NCBI GenBank assembly: GCA_050261495.1
Contig: JBLNDI010000018.1
Span: forward strand, 386-64,385
Direction of reading: 5' to 3'
Length of the DNA stretch: 64,000 nt
DNA from: Bacillota bacterium
GTDB taxonomy: Bacteria; Bacillota; Clostridia; Acetivibrionales; DTU013
The notes under the pieces are model-generated. The model was not told the DNA's origin. It did not search any database and saw nothing but the letters and a program-made list of their open reading frames with translations. A program made the translations under genes and the position numbers. Each line of letters starts with the position of its first letter. The stretch's first letter is position 1. Of this stretch, positions 1 through 10,248 are shown piece after piece.

Positions 1-5
1 AAATA

Positions 6-1268
6 ATGAAACTGGAAGGTAATAAGCTGAGAATTAAGGATAATATCTTTGACTTATCACAGATTGAAAATATATACGTTATCGGAGCCGGTAAAGCCAC
101 AATTCCGATTATGGAAGCTATTGACGGCATATTGGGAGATAAAATAACTAAAGGGTTTGCTGCGGTAAAGGAAGAGCATCCTCGAAAGCTTGCGCATATT
201 GACTTATTTACATCTTCACATCCTAATCCGGATGAACGAAGCGTATTGGCGGCGGAAAGAATTGAGCGGATATTAATGGGTGCTAAAGAAAATGATTTAA
301 TTCTTGCGGCCATAACCGGAGGAGCTTCATCGCTGGTGGTTCTCCCGCCTGAAGGTATATCGCTTACTGAGATACAAGAATTAAACGACGCGCTGCTTAA
401 GTCAGGGGGAACAATTGCTGAGATGAATATTGTACGCAGACATTTATGCAAATTAAAAGGCGGCAATATGGTAAGAATCTCCCAACCGGCACATATAGTT
501 ACATTTTCCCTGAACACAGGCACTCAAGGTTTGCCGTGGCCTGATATGTGCCTAACAGACCCGACAACATTTGAAGACGCAATCGATGTGCTGAAAAGAT
601 ACGATTTATGGAATACCGCGCCCGAAGGCATTAAAAACCATTTTACGAAAGGTGTCCTTTCCAAAGAAAACGAAACAGTCAAAAGTTTCGATACAATGAA
701 GCAAACTATGATTTATATAGCCGATCCATCTGAAGCTTGCAAAAAAATGGCTGATAGGGCTGAAGAACTTGGGTACAGTCCACATATTCTGGCAGTTTCA
801 ATGGATGGTGAAGCCAAAGATGTTGGCATTGTGCTTGGAAGTATCGCAAATGAGATAGTAAAAAATAATTCTCCGTTTATACCCCCGTGTGCACTGATAA
901 CCGGCGGGGAGACGACGGTTACTTTTTGTGGGAAAGGTCCGTTTGGAGAGGGAGGACCTAATCAGGAAACGGTTCTGGGCTTTGCCCTGCAACTTGAAAA
1001 GGATTTTCCTGCGGTTTGCATTAGTGTTGATAGCGATGGTACAGATGGTCCAACTGCTATTGCGGGAGGCATTTCAGATGGAGAAACAAAGCAAAGGATA
1101 GAGCAAGAGGGTATTTCGCTTAAAGAATGTCTCAGAAAACATGACGCATCAAGTATTTTGCTCAAACTTAAAGATGAAGTAATAACCGGACATACAGGAA
1201 CAAATATAATGAATCTTCGTGTTGTCTTGATTAACAAAAAGATGGGGTGGAAAGATGGACAGAATTAA
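6..1268 (+). CDS. MOFRL-family glycerate 2-kinase (GckA/TtuD-like); 5' end may be cut by the window edge
   Basis: 420-aa ORF with N-terminal VIGAGKA and C-terminal TGGETTV and DSDGTDGPT motifs typical of DUF4147+MOFRL glycerate kinases. The frame stays open back to nt 3. It overlaps the next gene by 14 nt. Confidence 0.8.
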   Translation: MKLEGNKLRIKDNIFDLSQIENIYVIGAGKATIPIMEAIDGILGDKITKGFAAVKEEHPRKLAHIDLFTSSHPNPDERSVLAAERIERILMGAKENDLILAAITGGASSLVVLPPEGISLTEIQELNDALLKSGGTIAEMNIVRRHLCKLKGGNMVRISQPAHIVTFSLNTGTQGLPWPDMCLTDPTTFEDAIDVLKRYDLWNTAPEGIKNHFTKGVLSKENETVKSFDTMKQTMIYIADPSEACKKMADRAEELGYSPHILAVSMDGEAKDVGIVLGSIANEIVKNNSPFIPPCALITGGETTVTFCGKGPFGEGGPNQETVLGFALQLEKDFPAVCISVDSDGTDGPTAIAGGISDGETKQRIEQEGISLKECLRKHDASSILLKLKDEVITGHTGTNIMNLRVVLINKKMGWKDGQN

Positions 1269-2487
1269 AGCAGTACGGGCAAGAGAGATATTAAATGCAA
1301 AAGGTAAACCTACGGTTGAAGTTGAACTTACAACTGAAAACGGTATTGTAACGGCTGCATCTTCTCCGAGTGGTACGTCAACAGGGGCGGATGAGGCCTT
1401 TGAACTATATGACAATGATTTTAGATATCAAGGCTTTGGTGTGAGAAAAGCAGTTGAAAACGTAAATAAAATAATAGCACCTGCATTAGTCGGAAAAGAC
1501 GTTATTAATCAAACGGAAATAGACGCCATAATGAAAGAATTGGACGGAACTTCAAACAAGCGGAATTTAGGCGGAAACGCAATCCTCGCCGTTTCTGTTG
1601 CTGCAGCCAAGGCGGGTGCAAAAAGCGTTGGATTACCAGTATACAAATATCTTGCTCCAGGAAGCACAGCATTTAAGATGCCAGGGCTTGTTGCAACCGT
1701 TATCGCCGGGGGAAACTTTTCTGCTTCCGGTCTGGAATTTGAAGATTATATGTATGTTCTAAAAACAGAATCACTGTTTGCCGATACACTTGAAAAACTT
1801 TCATCACTGAGGTATAAGCTTGGCACATTAACCAATGAAAAGTTTGGCTATGTACCGGTGGAAGGCGGTTCACTAGCTCCTCCTTTGACTGATTCTGACA
1901 GCGTATTTCAATTTATGCTGGAAGCTGCGGAACAATTAGGATATGGCAGAGAAATAACATTAGGGGTTGATGTTGTCGCAGGTAATTTTTATGATAAAGA
2001 TACCAAAAAATATAATTTTGGTTTTGGACCTCTTGATGAAAAGGAAACCATAGAATATTATAAAAAATTATGTAATAAATTTCCTGTAACATATTGGGAA
2101 GATGCTTTTGAGGAAAATTGCTTTCACAGCTTTGCAAACCTCAAAAAAGAGCTGCCGTATATTCAAATCGTTGGAGATGACCTTTTTGTAACGAGTACTT
2201 CCCGCCTAAAAAAAGGAATTGAAGCCGGCAGCGCAAATGGCATCCTCGTTAAAATCAATCAGGCAGGAACAGTCAGCGAGACTTTAGAAGCATGCAAACT
2301 GGCGAAAGATAATGGTATGGATCTTATTATATCCATGCGTTCAGGTGAGACTGCGGACGATTTTATCGCCGATCTTGCGGTTGCTTTGGGTGCTAAACAA
2401 GTAAAACTTGGTTCGCCGGTTGTATTGGAGAGAAACATAAAATATAACCGATTGCTTAAAATTGAGCAGGAATTAATTACAGGCTAA
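1255..2487 (+). CDS. Enolase-family protein, divergent 410-aa paralogue
   Basis: Collinear with phosphopyruvate hydratase. Conserved elements: PSGTSTGADEA Ser-loop, GVDVVA / YWEDAF / IVGDDLFVT metal-ligand motifs, and the LVKINQAG and QVKLGS lysines. GGNFSAS and ISMRSGET replace the His-containing GGxHA and SHRSGET motifs. Confidence 0.85.
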   Translation: MDRIKAVRAREILNAKGKPTVEVELTTENGIVTAASSPSGTSTGADEAFELYDNDFRYQGFGVRKAVENVNKIIAPALVGKDVINQTEIDAIMKELDGTSNKRNLGGNAILAVSVAAAKAGAKSVGLPVYKYLAPGSTAFKMPGLVATVIAGGNFSASGLEFEDYMYVLKTESLFADTLEKLSSLRYKLGTLTNEKFGYVPVEGGSLAPPLTDSDSVFQFMLEAAEQLGYGREITLGVDVVAGNFYDKDTKKYNFGFGPLDEKETIEYYKKLCNKFPVTYWEDAFEENCFHSFANLKKELPYIQIVGDDLFVTSTSRLKKGIEAGSANGILVKINQAGTVSETLEACKLAKDNGMDLIISMRSGETADDFIADLAVALGAKQVKLGSPVVLERNIKYNRLLKIEQELITG

Positions 2488-2512
2488 ACGATACTTGAAG
2501 GGAAGTTTGACG

Positions 2513-3472
2513 ATGAAAAAGGTACTTATACCACAAAAAATAATGGAGTTTGGCGAACAATACTTAAAAGAAAGAGGGTATGAGGTTATTCGCGGAAGTG
2601 CCGATGACGAGGATACTATTTCTAAAGAAGCCAGAGATTGTGAAGCTATTTTAATCCGCATGGCGCCGATTACACCAAAAATCATAGATGCGGCTCCGAA
2701 ATTGAAAGTAATTGCAAGACATGGAGTAGGCGTTGACCATATAGATATTAATTATGCCGCACAAAAAGGAATATGGGTAGTAAACGCACCAACATCTAAT
2801 TTTAACGCCGTAGCGGAGCAGGTTATGTTGTTTATTCTTGGATGTGCAAAAAAATCAAGGGCTATTGATATTTGTTTCAGAGAGCGGGGAGCAAATGAAG
2901 CAGGAAAAATATTAGGGGAGGAAGTTTATAGTAAAACGCTTGGTATATTAGGTCTGGGGAGAATAGGAATGCAGCTTGCAAAAAAAGCGTATCACGGTTT
3001 TGAAATGAGAGTGATTGGTTATGACCCTTATATACCAAAAGAGAATTTGCCTGAATATATAGAGCTGAAAGAGGATATTAATGATATATTCAGGGAAGCG
3101 GATTTTGTTTCAATTCATATGCCGCTTAACAATTTCACAAGAGGTTTGGTTAGCGAAGACAAAATAAAAATTATGAAACCATCTGCATATCTTATTAACA
3201 CTGCACGGGGTGAGATAGTTGATGAAAAAGCGCTGATTTCGGCTATTCAGAATAAAGTTATTGCAGGGGGAGCTTTTGATGTGTTAAATGAGACACCAAT
3301 CCAACTTACGCATCCTTTGCTTAAACATGATAATGTTATTATCACACCGCATACTGCGGCAGTTACCTATGAGGCGATGAAAAAAATGGGCTTATACGCA
3401 GCTCAGGGGATAGATGAGGTTCTAAGTGGGAAAAAGCCTTCTTGGCCTGTAAATAATCCGGTGTTCCGGTAG
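2513..3472 (+). CDS. D-isomer-specific 2-hydroxyacid dehydrogenase (hydroxypyruvate/glyoxylate reductase or PGDH-like)
   Basis: GILGLGRIGMQLAKKA Rossmann motif, with NTARGEIVDE and ITPHTA catalytic Arg/Glu/His motifs. The ATG at 2513 follows GAAGGGA; the ORF track starts at 2495. Confidence 0.85.
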   Translation: MKKVLIPQKIMEFGEQYLKERGYEVIRGSADDEDTISKEARDCEAILIRMAPITPKIIDAAPKLKVIARHGVGVDHIDINYAAQKGIWVVNAPTSNFNAVAEQVMLFILGCAKKSRAIDICFRERGANEAGKILGEEVYSKTLGILGLGRIGMQLAKKAYHGFEMRVIGYDPYIPKENLPEYIELKEDINDIFREADFVSIHMPLNNFTRGLVSEDKIKIMKPSAYLINTARGEIVDEKALISAIQNKVIAGGAFDVLNETPIQLTHPLLKHDNVIITPHTAAVTYEAMKKMGLYAAQGIDEVLSGKKPSWPVNNPVFR

Positions 3473-3500
3473 CTGAAGGTGGAGAAGGAACGGTGGATAG

Positions 3501-3604
3501 TTTCTCGGAGGAACAAAAGATGGTTTGGGCAAAAGCGGATGGAAGAGCTTTTAGAAGGGAATACCCTATCAGGCCGAATTATAATGAAACCCTATGGCGT
3601 TATG
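3501..3604 (+). pseudogene. Decayed 3'-terminal remnant of a GH42 beta-galactosidase gene
   Basis: tttctcggaggaacaaa and gcggatggaagagcttttagaaggg...aaaccctatggcgttatgg align to 18057-18166, the 3' end of the intact GH42 gene. I counted about 11 mismatches in the 70-nt core, plus a 5-nt indel that shifts the frame. The translation ..EELLEGNTLSGRIIMKPYGVM matches ..EELLGGDVLSGRIILKPYGVM. Confidence 0.8.
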
Positions 3605-3614
3605 GCGCACTATT

Positions 3615-4640
3615 TTATTTTTTATAAAACGCTTCGACGTTTTCCTTTGTTACAATGCTGACTCCCGTATCCACATACGGGGGCAGCGCGGCTATCCCTT
3701 TTTCTTTCCAGCCGTCAATCGGGTTTATCAGGTTGTGTTTCAAATGATACAGGAAGTTCATTGACTGGTAGCCCATAATATATGTCCCCTGGACTATTGA
3801 TGCGGAAATTATGCCCGATTTTATGGCATCCAGCGTCCCTTTCTCGGTATCGAAGCTTACAATCTTGACCTGTCCGATCTTGCCCGCCTCCCTGACGGCG
3901 GCAGCTGCCCCGACACCGCTTGTTGCGTCGGTGCAGAACACTCCTTTCAAATCCGGATTTGCCTGGAGCAGTCCTGCCAAAACCTTTGCGGCCTCAGTCT
4001 GGTCGCTCTTTCCGTTGCCTACGCCAACCAGCTTCAAGTTGGTGTACTTTGTCTCCAACGCCTTCTTAAACCCGGCTGCTCTCTGTTCATGGTTGAGCTG
4101 CGCAGGAAGCGTAATCATGACAACGTCGCCGCCTTCCTGGCCGATCTGCTCTGCCAATGCCTGGGCGGCAACCTCCCCCGCATATTCGTTTCCCGTAGCC
4201 AGGAACGAATACCTCCCGCTGTTTGGCGAATCGGCATCAAAAGTTACAACCGGAATTCCCATGCCTATTGCCTTTTTTATCGGGGCGACAAATGCATCCG
4301 GGTTTATGCATGTCACGGCTATGCCTGCAGGCCTTTTCGCAATGACCTGTTCAAGCGCCGTTACTTCCTGGTTTACATCATACTGCGTAGCCCCGGTGTA
4401 AACCGTTTTGACTCCGTAAAGTTTTCCAGCGTCCTCGAACCCCCTGTAGCAGTCTTTCCAGTATTCCATCCCCGACAGAAAGGTAACCATGTAATATTCC
4501 TCGTTCTCGTCACCAATCAAAGGACTTGCGGATGAACTGCCTGTCCCCGGTTCTTTTTGCGCGACACAGCCCGGCAACCCTGACACCAGCATGCATATGA
4601 CAGCCAGCATCACTGCAGACGTCCTCTTTAATATCGGCAT
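3615..4640 (-). CDS. Sugar ABC transporter substrate-binding lipoprotein (type-1 periplasmic binding fold, CUT2)
   Basis: Signal peptide with lipobox LPGC, followed by a Gly/Ser linker. PBP1-type sequence (VVTFDADSP, NHEQRAAGF). Last gene of an ATPase-permease-SBP operon. Confidence 0.85.
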   Translation of the reverse strand: MPILKRTSAVMLAVICMLVSGLPGCVAQKEPGTGSSSASPLIGDENEEYYMVTFLSGMEYWKDCYRGFEDAGKLYGVKTVYTGATQYDVNQEVTALEQVIAKRPAGIAVTCINPDAFVAPIKKAIGMGIPVVTFDADSPNSGRYSFLATGNEYAGEVAAQALAEQIGQEGGDVVMITLPAQLNHEQRAAGFKKALETKYTNLKLVGVGNGKSDQTEAAKVLAGLLQANPDLKGVFCTDATSGVGAAAAVREAGKIGQVKIVSFDTEKGTLDAIKSGIISASIVQGTYIMGYQSMNFLYHLKHNLINPIDGWKEKGIAALPPYVDTGVSIVTKENVEAFYKK

Positions 4641-4673
4641 TTATATCCCTCCTCATATCCGGATTTGGAAGAG

Positions 4674-5693
4674 TTATTTTACTGCTTTTAATTTGTTGAC
4701 CTCGTTTTGGTGGCTTAAATGATCCAATGTTACCGCAAATATAAGTATGACGCCATTTATCAGTTCCTGCCAGAAAACAGGCACATTAATTAAAATAAGG
4801 CCGTTGTTGATAAGATTAAGAAGTATTACCCCCAAAACGGCGCCGAATACCGTCCCCTCTCCACCGCTCAAACTGGCGCCGCCAATAACTGCGGCGGATA
4901 TGCTTCTCATTTCCGAACCCATGCCGGCGGTAGGCGTTGCTACGGTAAACCTTGCCAAGCTGAGTATTCCGGCAAGGCTTGCAAGCGTTGCGGTGAGCAG
5001 GTATACGCCGGTTTTTACCCGGGCGGTGTTAATGCCCGACAAAATGGCTGCCTTTTCATTGCTCCCGGTGTAGAAAACTTTTCTTAAAGGTTCGGATCTC
5101 CTCATCATGAAATCACCGAATACGGCAATGATTACAAGCAGTATAACCGCGAATGGAATGCCAAGGACCTTCCCTTCCCCAATGAAAGCGAAAGATGCGG
5201 ACACACCTGTTATTGAAACCGGAGAACCCTGAGTCTCCACATACGCCGCGCCCCTTGCTATTCCCGCGATTCCCAGCGTCGCAATAAAAGGGTTGAGGCC
5301 TATCTTTCCGATAAAAAAACCGTTTAAAAGCCCGCACAGCATTCCCGCAAGAAGACCAGCCACACAAGCGAGCCATATGTCTACTCCGCTCAGGTAAAGC
5401 ACTCCGGCCGTGACGCCGCTCAAGCCCATGACTGAGCCAACCGAAAGGTCAAATCCTCCGCATACGAGGGCAACGGTCATACCTACCGCAATTATCCCAT
5501 CGGCTGACATGCCGATTGCGGTGGACAAAAGATTGTCTACCGTTAGAAAATGGTATGAAAGCAATGATAGTGCAAGACTTACTGCAATTATAAGAAATAT
5601 CAGGTTTGCTTCCCGTAAAGATGTGACTTTTCTCCAAATAATAAAAATCTTGTGCCAGGTTTTCCGTGCTCTAATAAGGAAAGGCGAAACCAT
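4674..5693 (-). CDS. Sugar ABC transporter permease (RbsC/branched-chain-type, CUT2)
   Basis: Polytopic hydrophobic protein with the FDLSVGS motif typical of RbsC-family permeases. Flanked by ATPase and SBP genes. Confidence 0.85.
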   Translation of the reverse strand: MVSPFLIRARKTWHKIFIIWRKVTSLREANLIFLIIAVSLALSLLSYHFLTVDNLLSTAIGMSADGIIAVGMTVALVCGGFDLSVGSVMGLSGVTAGVLYLSGVDIWLACVAGLLAGMLCGLLNGFFIGKIGLNPFIATLGIAGIARGAAYVETQGSPVSITGVSASFAFIGEGKVLGIPFAVILLVIIAVFGDFMMRRSEPLRKVFYTGSNEKAAILSGINTARVKTGVYLLTATLASLAGILSLARFTVATPTAGMGSEMRSISAAVIGGASLSGGEGTVFGAVLGVILLNLINNGLILINVPVFWQELINGVILIFAVTLDHLSHQNEVNKLKAVK

Positions 5694-5718
5694 TTAAGCA
5701 ATCCTCCCTGAATTTTCT

Positions 5719-7236
5719 TTATGCGCTTTTCCCGTAAATATGGCGCATTATCCTATCTTCACTGATTTCATCTTTTTCTACAATACCCGCTATTTTTCCT
5801 TCGCGCATAACCGCGACCCTGTCACACATACCTGCAATTTCAGATAGATCCGATGATATTAGTATAACACTTAAACCATTATTTGCAAGCTGTCTTGTTA
5901 ATTTGTAAATTTCTGACCTGGCTCCTACATCCATTCCCCTTGTAGGTTCATCCATGATAAGTATCGCAGGATTGTTCGAGAGCGCCCTTGCAAGCATTAC
6001 TTTCTGCTGATTCCCTCCGCTTAAACTGTCTGCCTTCAGCCTGAGGCTTGCCGTTTTTATGCCGAGAATCCTGAGATATTGTTCGCATATTCCTTTTTCC
6101 AGGCGGCGGTTTATCAGAAGCTTGTTCTTTATCCTGTTAAGACACGCGGCCGACATATTGCTCAAAACACTCATATTCAGAAAAATTCCCTGTGCGACTC
6201 TATCTTCGGGCATATAGCATATTCCCATCTTCATTGCCTGGTAATAACTTTTGATTTCCACTTTCTTTCCACGAAGATATATCTGTCCGCAGTCTTTTTT
6301 GTCAATGCCGCATATAGCCCTCATCAATCCGGTCCTTCCGGAACCTGTCAGTCCGGCAAACCCCAGAATTTCACCCATGAAGAGGGAGAAACTCGCATCA
6401 ACGAATATTTTCCCTGAAGTAAAGCCCTCCACCCGGATGACTTCTTCCTTCAAACTTCCGCCTTTTAAAGGGAATTGGCTGTCCATGGCTTTTCCTGTCA
6501 TCATTTGCATTAGCGTTTCCCTGCTCGCATCCCGAACGTTAATACTTCCTGCAAGGCATCCGTCTCTTAGCACGCTTACCCTGTCGCAGATTTCAAAAAC
6601 TTCATCCATCCTGTGAGTGATATAAAGTATTCCGACGCCTTTTTCTTTTAACTTGCGGATTATATCAAACAATATGCGTGTCTCGGCACGGTTCAGGGAT
6701 GAAGTAGGCTCATCCAGCACAAGCAATTTACAGCTTGAAGTTACGGCTTTTGCTATTTCAACCGTCTGAAGCTGCGCCAGGCTTAAGCCTCCCACCTTCT
6801 GCCAAGGCTCCAAATCCGTCCTGAAAGCAGCCAGTACATTTTTACAGCGTTCATTCAGCCTTTTGTAGTCCACCAAAAAGCCCGCCCCGGTCTTTGGCAG
6901 CCGGCTGGCAAATACATTTTCCGCAATGCTCAGGTGCGGACAAAGCGCAGGTTCTTGACGGACGAAACTAATTCCCGCGTTTCTCGACTGCTTCGGGCCG
7001 GCAAAATTGACTTCTTCCCCTTCAAGGAAAATCCTGCCTGAATCATGCCTTATAACGCCCGTTATTATATTTACCAGCGTAGATTTGCCTGCCCCGTTTT
7101 CCCCCATCAATGCATGCACTTCTCCGTATCCTACCGTGAGGCTGACTTCAGACAGCGCCCTGGTTCCGGGGAATGATTTTGTTATTCCTTCAACCTTAAG
7201 CAACGGGAGATTTCCCGGTTTCAACATTGTTTCCAT
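5719..7236 (-). CDS. Sugar ABC transporter ATP-binding protein, tandem ATPase (RbsA/MglA-like)
   Basis: Two ABC cassettes: Walker [10 protein letters not shown], signatures LSLAQLQ and LSGGNQQK, Walker B LLVLDEPT and ILIMDEPT. Confidence 0.9.
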   Translation of the reverse strand: METMLKPGNLPLLKVEGITKSFPGTRALSEVSLTVGYGEVHALMGENGAGKSTLVNIITGVIRHDSGRIFLEGEEVNFAGPKQSRNAGISFVRQEPALCPHLSIAENVFASRLPKTGAGFLVDYKRLNERCKNVLAAFRTDLEPWQKVGGLSLAQLQTVEIAKAVTSSCKLLVLDEPTSSLNRAETRILFDIIRKLKEKGVGILYITHRMDEVFEICDRVSVLRDGCLAGSINVRDASRETLMQMMTGKAMDSQFPLKGGSLKEEVIRVEGFTSGKIFVDASFSLFMGEILGFAGLTGSGRTGLMRAICGIDKKDCGQIYLRGKKVEIKSYYQAMKMGICYMPEDRVAQGIFLNMSVLSNMSAACLNRIKNKLLINRRLEKGICEQYLRILGIKTASLRLKADSLSGGNQQKVMLARALSNNPAILIMDEPTRGMDVGARSEIYKLTRQLANNGLSVILISSDLSEIAGMCDRVAVMREGKIAGIVEKDEISEDRIMRHIYGKSA

Positions 7237-7485
7237 TATCGCTCCTTAAACGTGATTATACGATTCAAGGCGAGAAGGACCGTATTTATACAGGAGGCTT
7301 CCGTCCTTTCCCGACAATGCCGCTCAATTTTACGAAGGAGATAATGCCGAGCATTATTATTGGAACAATCATTGCAAGAAACGACACGGTAAGCCTCAAC
7401 TTTATGCTGCGGACCTTTCGGGATAAAAACTTTTTCGATAGGCGAACTACGGTATTCAGCAAGGCATCCTCCTGTCACAACCGGG

Positions 7486-8646
7486 TCAGGATTTTGATTT
7501 GGTAAAAGTATCAAATGCCACGGCCAGCAGCAGCACCAGTCCTTTTATCGCCTGCTGCCAGTCGATGCCGACGCCCAGCATTGACATGCCGTTGTTCATG
7601 ATACCCATGACAAGTCCGCCTATGATAGCGCCTATAACGGCGCCTATTCCCCCAGAAGTCGACGCGCCGCCTATGAAGCAAGCTGCGATGGCGTCAAGCT
7701 CGAAGTTGACTCCGGCTTTGGGAACGGCGGCGTTGAGCCTTGCGGCATATACGAGCCCGGAAAGCGCGGACAAAACACCCATGTTGACGAACACCCAGAA
7801 AACGATGCTCTGCGTTTTGACTCCCGACAGCCTCGCGGCTTTCTCATTTCCGCCAAGGGCATAAATGTGGCGGCCAACTACCGTTTTGTTGGTTATGAAC
7901 GTATAACCGGCAATGAGGATGACTAAAAGCACAAGAATGTTCGGAATGCCTTTGTAGGCGGCCAGCGAGTAGGTGAAAGCATTTATGGCTGCAGAAATCA
8001 GAACAATTTTCGCTATCAGGAACCCCATTGGTATGACTTCGAAATTGTATTTTCTCAAGCCGCGCCTCTTTATGATTTCATAAATGATATACACCGCCGT
8101 GAAGACCACTCCGACGACAATTGTTGTTATGTGAAGATTTTTTCCGTTGAAGAAATCCGGGATGAAACCCGTACTTATACTCTGAAATTCCACCGGATAC
8201 GGTCCTATGGAATAACCGCCCAAAGTGCCCATTGTCGCGCCTCTGAATATTAGCATGCCACCGAGAGTTACAATAAAAGCGGGTATTTTGGCGTAAGCTA
8301 TCCACCATCCATGCCACGCTCCCACAATTGCGCCTACAAGAAGCGATAAAATAATGGTCGGTATGTAATGCATCTTCATATTGACTATCAAAATGCCTGA
8401 GACAGCCGAAATGAATGCTGCCACCGAACCTACCGACAAATCAATGTGAAACGCGACTATTACAAGCAGCATGCCTATTGCAAGAATGAGAATGTAGCTG
8501 TTCTGAAGTATCAGGTTGGTAACGTTGAGAGGCATCAGCAAAATGCCCTTTGACAGAATCTGGAACAGCAGCGTGATTGTTATGAGCACTATCAGCATGC
8601 CAAACTGCCTTATGTTGTTTTTCAGCATTTGCTTTAAGGTTTCCAT
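7486..8646 (-). CDS. Sugar ABC transporter permease (XylH/GguB-like, CUT2)
   Basis: About 10 predicted TM helices, IDLSVGS motif, and an ATGA-type abutment with the upstream ATPase gene. Confidence 0.85.
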   Translation of the reverse strand: METLKQMLKNNIRQFGMLIVLITITLLFQILSKGILLMPLNVTNLILQNSYILILAIGMLLVIVAFHIDLSVGSVAAFISAVSGILIVNMKMHYIPTIILSLLVGAIVGAWHGWWIAYAKIPAFIVTLGGMLIFRGATMGTLGGYSIGPYPVEFQSISTGFIPDFFNGKNLHITTIVVGVVFTAVYIIYEIIKRRGLRKYNFEVIPMGFLIAKIVLISAAINAFTYSLAAYKGIPNILVLLVILIAGYTFITNKTVVGRHIYALGGNEKAARLSGVKTQSIVFWVFVNMGVLSALSGLVYAARLNAAVPKAGVNFELDAIAACFIGGASTSGGIGAVIGAIIGGLVMGIMNNGMSMLGVGIDWQQAIKGLVLLLAVAFDTFTKSKS

Positions 8647-10220
8647 TATTGTACCCCCTGCCCGTTATGATTGTTGTTAACTATGACATATTTCATGATT
8701 TTTTCCTGGGACGCCTCTTCACGGTTCAGATGACCGGTAATTTTACCCTCGCTCATGACATATATCCTGTCGCACATGCCGAGTATTTCAGGAAGTTCGG
8801 AAGAGATCAGCAAAATTGCCTTTCCTTCGCCGGCCAGCCGGTTGATTATTGAATATATTTCATATTTGGCGCCTACGTCTATTCCGCGTGTGGGTTCGTC
8901 CAGGATTAAAATTTCAGGTTCCGCAAATATCCACTTGCTCAAAACCACTTTTTGCTGGTTTCCACCGCTTAAATTCATTGTTTTCTGCAATATGCTCGAA
9001 CACTTTATATTAAGCTTTCTTCGGCTGTTTTCCGCCGCCAGTATCTCACGGTTCTCATTTACAATGGACCGTTTTGAAACCTTCTTAAGATTTGCGAGCG
9101 TCGTATTCCTTTTCACGTCATCAATCAAAATCAGCCCATAATTCTTCCTGTCCTCGGTCATATAAGCGATCCCGTTTTCTATAGCCTTGCTTATGTTGGA
9201 AAGGTTCAATTCCCTACCGTTTTTGAAAACTTTGCCGCTTATCTTCTTCCCGTAAGACCTTCCGAAAATGCTCATCGCAAGTTCCGTCCTGCCTGCGCCC
9301 ATCAGGCCCGCAATCCCGACGACCTCTCCTCTTCGGATGTGGAAACTGACGTTGTCGATAATTTTCCTGTCTTCATGCAACGGGTGGTATACGTTCCAGT
9401 TTTTAACCTCAAAGATTACATCGCCTATTTCAGCCTGCCTTTTTGGGAAACGGTGCACGAGATCCCTTCCGACCATTCCTTTGATGATCCTGTCCTCGGT
9501 GACATCTTCTTTTTCAATGCTGAGTGTTTCAATAGTTGCCCCGTCGCGCAGAATCGTGATTGAATCGGCAACCTTTGATACCTCGTTCAGCTTGTGGGAA
9601 ATAAGGATGGAGGTTATGCCCTGTTTTTTAAAATCCCTCAGCAAGTTCAGCAGGTTTTCACTGTCGTTTTCATTCAGGGCTGATGTCGGCTCATCAAGAA
9701 TAAGAAGCTGCACTTTTTTCGATAGGGCTTTCGCAATTTCCACAAGCTGCTGCTTTCCTACTCCTATGTCCGTCACAAGTGTTGTCGGGGATTCATCCAG
9801 TCCGACCTTCGAAAGCAGTTCCTTTGTTTGCAGAATTGTTTCGTTCCAGTTGATAATGCCCTTTTTCGCCCGTTCATTTCCCAGAAATATGTTTTCCGCG
9901 ATGGACATGTACGGTATCAAAGCCAATTCCTGGTGAATTATGACAATACCTTCGTGTTCGCTTTGCTTTATGTTTCTGAACTGGCATATCCGGCCGTTGT
10001 AGAAGATATCTCCGGAATATTCGCCGAAAGGATATACGCCGCTCAAAACCTTCATCAAGGTGGATTTTCCTGCGCCGTTTTCTCCGACCAGGGCGTGGAT
10101 TTCCCCTCTTTTTACCCTGAGATTGACGTTGTCCAGCGCCTTGACGCCGGGGAAAACTTTTGTTATGTTTCTCATTTCCAGAATGGTATCAGTTATGACC
10201 TCCGCCATATCAATCTCCAA
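8646..10220 (-). CDS. Sugar ABC transporter ATP-binding protein, tandem ATPase (MglA/XylG/GguA-like)
   Basis: GENGAGKST Walker A, LSGGNQQK signature, two Walker B motifs ([16 protein letters not shown]). Confidence 0.9.
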   Translation of the reverse strand: MEIDMAEVITDTILEMRNITKVFPGVKALDNVNLRVKRGEIHALVGENGAGKSTLMKVLSGVYPFGEYSGDIFYNGRICQFRNIKQSEHEGIVIIHQELALIPYMSIAENIFLGNERAKKGIINWNETILQTKELLSKVGLDESPTTLVTDIGVGKQQLVEIAKALSKKVQLLILDEPTSALNENDSENLLNLLRDFKKQGITSILISHKLNEVSKVADSITILRDGATIETLSIEKEDVTEDRIIKGMVGRDLVHRFPKRQAEIGDVIFEVKNWNVYHPLHEDRKIIDNVSFHIRRGEVVGIAGLMGAGRTELAMSIFGRSYGKKISGKVFKNGRELNLSNISKAIENGIAYMTEDRKNYGLILIDDVKRNTTLANLKKVSKRSIVNENREILAAENSRRKLNIKCSSILQKTMNLSGGNQQKVVLSKWIFAEPEILILDEPTRGIDVGAKYEIYSIINRLAGEGKAILLISSELPEILGMCDRIYVMSEGKITGHLNREEASQEKIMKYVIVNNNHNGQGVQ

Positions 10221-10248
10221 CTCCCTTGATTATAAGTAAAAATGAATC

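Noticed and set aside
3479-3661. 60-aa ORF in the track (MEKERWIVSRRNKRWFGQKRMEELLEGNTLSGRIIMKPYGVM...)
   Set aside because: Its only recognisable content is the frameshifted GH42 C-terminal remnant. It has no SD and reads through into the convergent SBP gene. I treat it as a pseudogene fragment, not a gene.
3811-4401. Long antisense or off-frame ORFs inside well-supported genes (e.g. 3811-4401, 9268-9936, 26376-27383, 41090-41863, 54380-55114, 62563-63186)
   Set aside because: They lie entirely within genes with clear family motifs on the other strand. Their translations are low-complexity (Pro/Ser/Arg/Ala-rich), which is typical of shadow ORFs in GC-richer coding DNA.
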